64,000 bases of DNA from Blepharisma stoltei ATCC 30299 (Eukaryota > Protista > Ciliophora): the NCBI GenBank assembly GCA_965603825.1, contig CBFDEM010000012.1:310001-374000 (forward strand), in the 5' to 3' direction. The first letter of the stretch is position 1; every line of letters begins with the position of its first letter. Under the pieces are notes generated by a model. It made no database searches. It was not told where the DNA came from and was given only the letters and a program-made list of their open reading frames with translations. Shown here in pieces: positions 59,544 through 64,000 of the stretch. A program made the translations under genes and the position numbers.

Positions 59544-61421
59544 ATGTGGGTTTTATTGCTAGCTCTAGCCCAAGCAATTGAAGACATCGATTATTTTCAC
59601 ACAGGAATATTTGAAGCAAATCGTGATCCTGGCCTTTATGAAGTAAAAATCGGTCTAGAAGACACCGATTCAATATTATCAACATTCGGCTACTACAATA
59701 AAGACAAATAGTAAACTCCACTTAGTTGCGATATTGTTGTTCTTAGTGGAAGTAAAAAAACATTAATAGTCTACCTCTGGGATAATGGCTCTTCCAAGTT
59801 CACCAAAAGTGATACTCTTCAAATCCAAACTAATGGGACTATCATTTCAGCAATTCCTGGAGATATTAATTATGATGGCCTATTAGATCTTGTTGTCACC
59901 TTAAAGCAAGATTCCGATACCTTCTTGCATGTCTATTTCCAGAGTCCAAGCGGTTTTGTACCTAATCAGTCATGGCAAATCCCTGAAGGCTCACAGCCTT
60001 CTTTATTAGATATCAATGGAGACAGAAAGTAAGCAATATTTAGGCTGGAAATTATTGTGAACTATCAGTATAATGTGACAGCAGAAGCTGTAGTGATTTT
60101 ATATCAAAATAATGAATTTTCTATTCAGCCTTTGCATACCTTTGGAACAGATGATGATAACAACTGCATGATTCAGTCTTCATTTTTATTATCAACTCCT
60201 CACTCAGTTGCATCTGTTGACTTAAATAAAGACTGCTTAGCTGACTTATTCCTGACAACAGTTGACGAGTCAGGCGATGTTTCTTTTGAATTTTGACTTA
60301 ACATGAAGAATGGTAAATATTGCAAAAGACAAAAAACTCCAGCTCCTAAAGGTGCAGGGCAAGTATCATTTGCAGATGTTGATAGGAATGGAGTAGAAGA
60401 TTTGATATTCCCTGTGTGCATTGGAGCTGACTGTACAAGTAAGCAAGAAATTCATATAGTCTTTAACGATAATGATGCCTCTTCTACTTGCACTTATCAT
60501 TATGGAGGGGTAAAAGATTTTCAAATTGACGATATTGGAGATAAAGAAATTACAGGAAATAAAATGATAATAAAAATTGACCAAGAAAATTCATTTTATA
60601 GCTTGGGCAATGATTTTCCATTTACAATTCGATTCGGAGACATGGACTTAGATGGATATCCAGACTTTTTAGTCACAATGAAGCCAAAAGATACAGAGGC
60701 TGCTGGACATGCTTACTTATTTGAAAATGTTGACTGTGATGAAGAACACTGTGGAAAAGCTGAAAACCGGAGATTTTTTGAAAGATCTAAGAAGTCAGAA
60801 TATGATAAAATTGCAGAAGATCCTGGAGTTTTTATTGCAACTTTCTTTGATTTAGATGAAAATGGAGTTTTAGATATTTTAACAGTTAGCTATTCTGGAG
60901 AAAAATTCCAGACCAAAGGCTTCTACAATAACTTTTTAAACGATGCTTTTCATTTGAAAGCTTTAGCATTGAATGGCTATCAAAAACAAGAATATAGCTC
61001 AGCTTATCCAGGAGCAGTTTTTATGTTCACTTTGACCGAACTAGATATGAGCAAGGTGCAAATGCATTCGACTCAGATGCCACAAACTGCCTATTTTGCG
61101 TTGAATACTCCTTATTGTGTTTATGGACTGGGAAGGACAAATTCTTATATTGAAGAGTTCTATGTAGCAATGCCTGTAGGACATAAAGACTCTTCTTATT
61201 CAAAATTGTGGACTCCGATTATTCCAAATTCCTATCTAATTGCTTCTCCCAAAGGGTCTCCTGACAACTGGTTTTTAGAACTTTTTGCATCGCCAACTGA
61301 TAAAATTGGACTAATTATTGCAATATCAGCTGGGTGCTTAGTGATTATTGGGATTATTGTTGTGTGGAAGTATCATTTGGAAAGAAAAGAAGATAAAAAG
61401 AAATTCTCGATTAGATTTTAA
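59544..61421 (+). CDS. ITFG1: ITFG1/TIP/LINKIN-like FG-GAP-repeat type I membrane protein, two introns
   Basis: Signal peptide; GDINYDGLLD, DLNKDCLAD, GDMDLDGYPD, FDLDENGVLD, YGLGRTNSYIE, IIPNS, C-terminal TM then ERKED. Confidence 0.9.
59711..59725 (+). other. 15-nt intron GTAAACTCCACTTAG
   Basis: Removes in-frame stops and gives NKDKYCDIV. Confidence 0.88.
60029..60043 (+). other. 15-nt intron GTAAGCAATATTTAG
   Basis: Removes an in-frame TAA and gives DINGDRKLE. Confidence 0.88.
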
Positions 61422-61861
61422 TAAGCAATCCCATTAGATTTAAATAAGCAGAGACTTAACCTATCTATTTTTATAGTAATTGCGCTTTTAAATGTTTTTA
61501 AAGTTATTTATTTTGTTAGGAGAAACGCCTATAGGCAGTAAAGCTTTTTCAAGAAGAAAAATTGATAAATTTCTTGAAATTAAATTAAGGACTAGCACTC
61601 AATAAAAATAAAAAAAAATTGAAAGCAAAGAGCTAAATACAAACTTTTATTTCCCTAAGTTTTAAGTTATATAAATAATTTTTGCTTTTATCGATTCTAT
61701 AAATCCATAAAAATGAAGTCTCTAAAGTGCTTCAGAAGAAATCAGATAGCATCACATAATTCACGATCTTTGTATCTATATAAAATTTTTAAGAATTGAA
61801 ATCCTTGGCCTTCCACTATTTTTCCTATCTAATTGTAAGCCAATCGCATCTAATATAACAG

Positions 61862-62236
61862 ATGTCGAATATAATAAATATGAACAGATTCCGATTCAAA
61901 GAAGAAAACCCACTCCACAAGAGAAGAGAAGAGGTTCAAAAAATCACGACCAAATGGCCTGACAAAATTCCAATAATTCTCGAAAAAGCAAAGAATTCCC
62001 AATTAGAAGACATTCCAAAGAATAAATTTTTGTGTCCTTCTGATTATACGGTGCAGCAGTTTTTGGGCTGTATCAGAAAAAAGATTCAAATGAGACGCGA
62101 AACTGCTTTATTTGTCTTCATTAACGGGATAGAACTAGTCTCTGGTGACGCACCAATGTCGCAGATTTATGAGCAGAAAAAAGATGAAGATGGATTCTTG
62201 TATATGATCTTCAGTGACCAGGACGTTATGGGATAG
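61862..62236 (+). CDS. ATG8: ATG8/GABARAP-family ubiquitin-like protein
   Basis: PDKIPIILEK, KFLCP, KDEDGFLY, terminal Gly. Confidence 0.93.
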   Translation: MSNIINMNRFRFKEENPLHKRREEVQKITTKWPDKIPIILEKAKNSQLEDIPKNKFLCPSDYTVQQFLGCIRKKIQMRRETALFVFINGIELVSGDAPMSQIYEQKKDEDGFLYMIFSDQDVMG

Positions 62237-62407
62237 CTTAGATAATTGACTTTTATTTGAAATTAAGCAATTTTTTATTCTAAAACATTACCATGATTCT
62301 AATATTAGATCGAATATCTTATTTATGTTTTTAACTGTGTATGGCAATTTTTGAATTTTATTTATTTTTAAAATGATTTTTTAAGTGCTTTCCATCCATT
62401 TTATAAT

Positions 62408-62788
62408 ATGCAGGGCTCTAATTTCAAATTCACGAGCAATATATACTCCCGAGGAGGAAATGATCCGAGGAGGGCAATGTCAAGCAATTCTGCAGCTGCC
62501 ATGGAAGTAGCAAAATTTTGGTGTAAAGCAAAGGATGAAGAAGAAGAAGAAGCCAAAGATGAAAGGCCAGTTACCGTTAATGCCCATTCTCGAGACCATC
62601 TTCAAGAAATGTGGAATAGTATGAAACTTCAGAAGAAGCCTCCAAAGAGCAGCTATGGAGAAGTTTTTCGGGAAACTCCAGAGCTAAAAGAAGAGCGTGA
62701 GAGCTCAGATAATATTCATCACAAGAAAAAAGACTGGCTTAAAGACTATTTTGAATGTGTGCATAGACATAAATACTTCGTAAGGTAA
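62408..62788 (+). CDS. Hypothetical protein, 126 aa
   Basis: Open frame with coding-like composition flanked by AT-rich spacers. Confidence 0.65.
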   Translation: MQGSNFKFTSNIYSRGGNDPRRAMSSNSAAAMEVAKFWCKAKDEEEEEAKDERPVTVNAHSRDHLQEMWNSMKLQKKPPKSSYGEVFRETPELKEERESSDNIHHKKKDWLKDYFECVHRHKYFVR

Positions 62789-62956
62789 ATTGCTTAAATC
62801 ACAATTTTTTTCTGAAAATTCGCTTTTCAAAATTATATATGATTGGATCGTCAGCTCCTGCATCATCCAATTTTAGTTTTAAGCATAAATTAATATTACT
62901 TGTATGAGAAATTCAAATTCTGAGACACCATTTTATACCTAAATTATTACATGTTA

Positions 62957-63943
62957 CTAAGATACCAATTTATAGCTTTCTAGAAATCTATTCCTTATTT
63001 CTCCATAGATTTCAAGAAAATCCATCAACGCTTCTACCATGAACTCTGGCTTGCAAAGCTCATCAAGATATTTATTATATGCTTTCATTCTTAAATCAAG
63101 TGACGGAGGAGAAGCTGTAAACGTGGGAAAAGTTGGCAACTCCATTGAAGGGAAATCTTCTGCTGGAAATTTAAGCTTAAGAGTCCTATGAAGCCTTTCA
63201 AAATTAGACGGTGTTCTTAAGACATTATGAGACTTTCCTTCAGCCATTACGAGAATCCTGAAGTAGATGACCTGTATATTCCCTTCGGTTTTAGTTTTGC
63301 ATGATTTAATAAAAGTTTTAATTTTTGGATCTACGGAGTTGTCGACATGCGAATTTTTATGTTTGCTTAAAGCTCTTTTAAAAGAGTTATCTGATAAGTA
63401 CAGAAATGGTTCTGTACTTATATTCACGCTTCGCTCTGGGATAAATGTTGCAAAAGCTGATAATATTGAGCAAGTAATGATGCCTAAAATCAAAGCGCAG
63501 ATGTTTATTAAATCCCACAGTGGATCTCTGTCTTTATCGCAAGTCAAATAAAGTACTGAAACAACTCCCTGAGCAAAGAGATTAATAATTCAAAACCATT
63601 TGTTCCCAATGCATGTTGAAGCTATCCATCTTTGATATTCAAAGATGAGCAGGTAAAGACTAAGCATCCATGATGAAGTCAAGAGCCCAAAAAAGGCGAC
63701 TCTTACGAATCTAACCTCATCTCCATGAGCTTCAGAAAAGCACGCTTCTGCAGTGTGGATTATGCTGAAGAAAATCATAAGAACTGTACAGATCGATTTC
63801 ACTAATAGTGACTTAGAAAGATACCTAGACCTGGTTTTCCCATCTCTATAATGATATAAATAGCGATAAATAAAACACACCACGTACACCAGTGGGATTA
63901 AAATCATAAAGATGTAGATTTCGAACAAATTTTCTTCTTCCAT
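62957..63943 (-). CDS. Multi-TM protein with a C-terminal PX-like domain, 328 aa
   Basis: Joined through TGA 63590; about five hydrophobic segments; VLRTPSNFERLHRTLK...LPTFP...RMKAYNKYL...MDFL PX pattern. Confidence 0.75.
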
Positions 63944-64000
63944 TTTTCAGTATCTTTATTTCTCTTATCCATTAGATTTTGGTTGAGAAATGATTTGGAA

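Noticed and set aside
6575-63943. Fragmented ORFs as pseudogenes or sequencing errors
   Set aside because: Breaks are systematically TGA at Trp positions or 15/16-nt GT..AG introns, and the frames are otherwise intact.
1-64000. CRISPR arrays, tRNAs, transposases, rDNA group I introns and IES-like insertions
   Set aside because: None was recognisable by eye. AT-rich spacers (e.g. 51200-52020, 42040-42460) show no terminal repeats I could support.

Overview
Macronuclear-type genomic DNA of a heterotrich ciliate, most likely Blepharisma. The assignment rests on three things seen here: UGA decoded as Trp with UAA/UAG as stops, 15-16 nt GT..AG introns with an invariant A at position 10, and a ciliate-type rDNA unit. 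Positions 1-4920 hold 18S (partial), a very short ITS1, 5.8S, a short ITS2 and 28S rRNA. After about 1.6 kb of AT-rich or decayed sequence comes a very compact array of about 44 protein-coding genes. The supplied ORF track uses the wrong genetic code. Reading UGA as Trp and removing 14 tiny introns merges its fragments into full genes (RBR E3, TMEM209, IQ-MORN, BCAT, GH31, CNBD K+ channel, NEK, importin-alpha, Alba, SOD, DCX-Ras, OCRL-like, cathepsin D-like, SpoU, PDI-like, ACSBG, DDX3-like, Myb, PDE, RNF114-like, PKG, ITFG1, ATG8, TM-PX). It also reveals a claudin-like gene missing from the track. The most notable signal is a SelS/SelK-type gene (52098-52526, minus strand) ending ...CATGT-UGA-R-UAG with a SECIS-like hairpin about 30 nt downstream. 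This suggests UGA means both Trp and selenocysteine in this genome. All family assignments come from motif recognition, not database searches.
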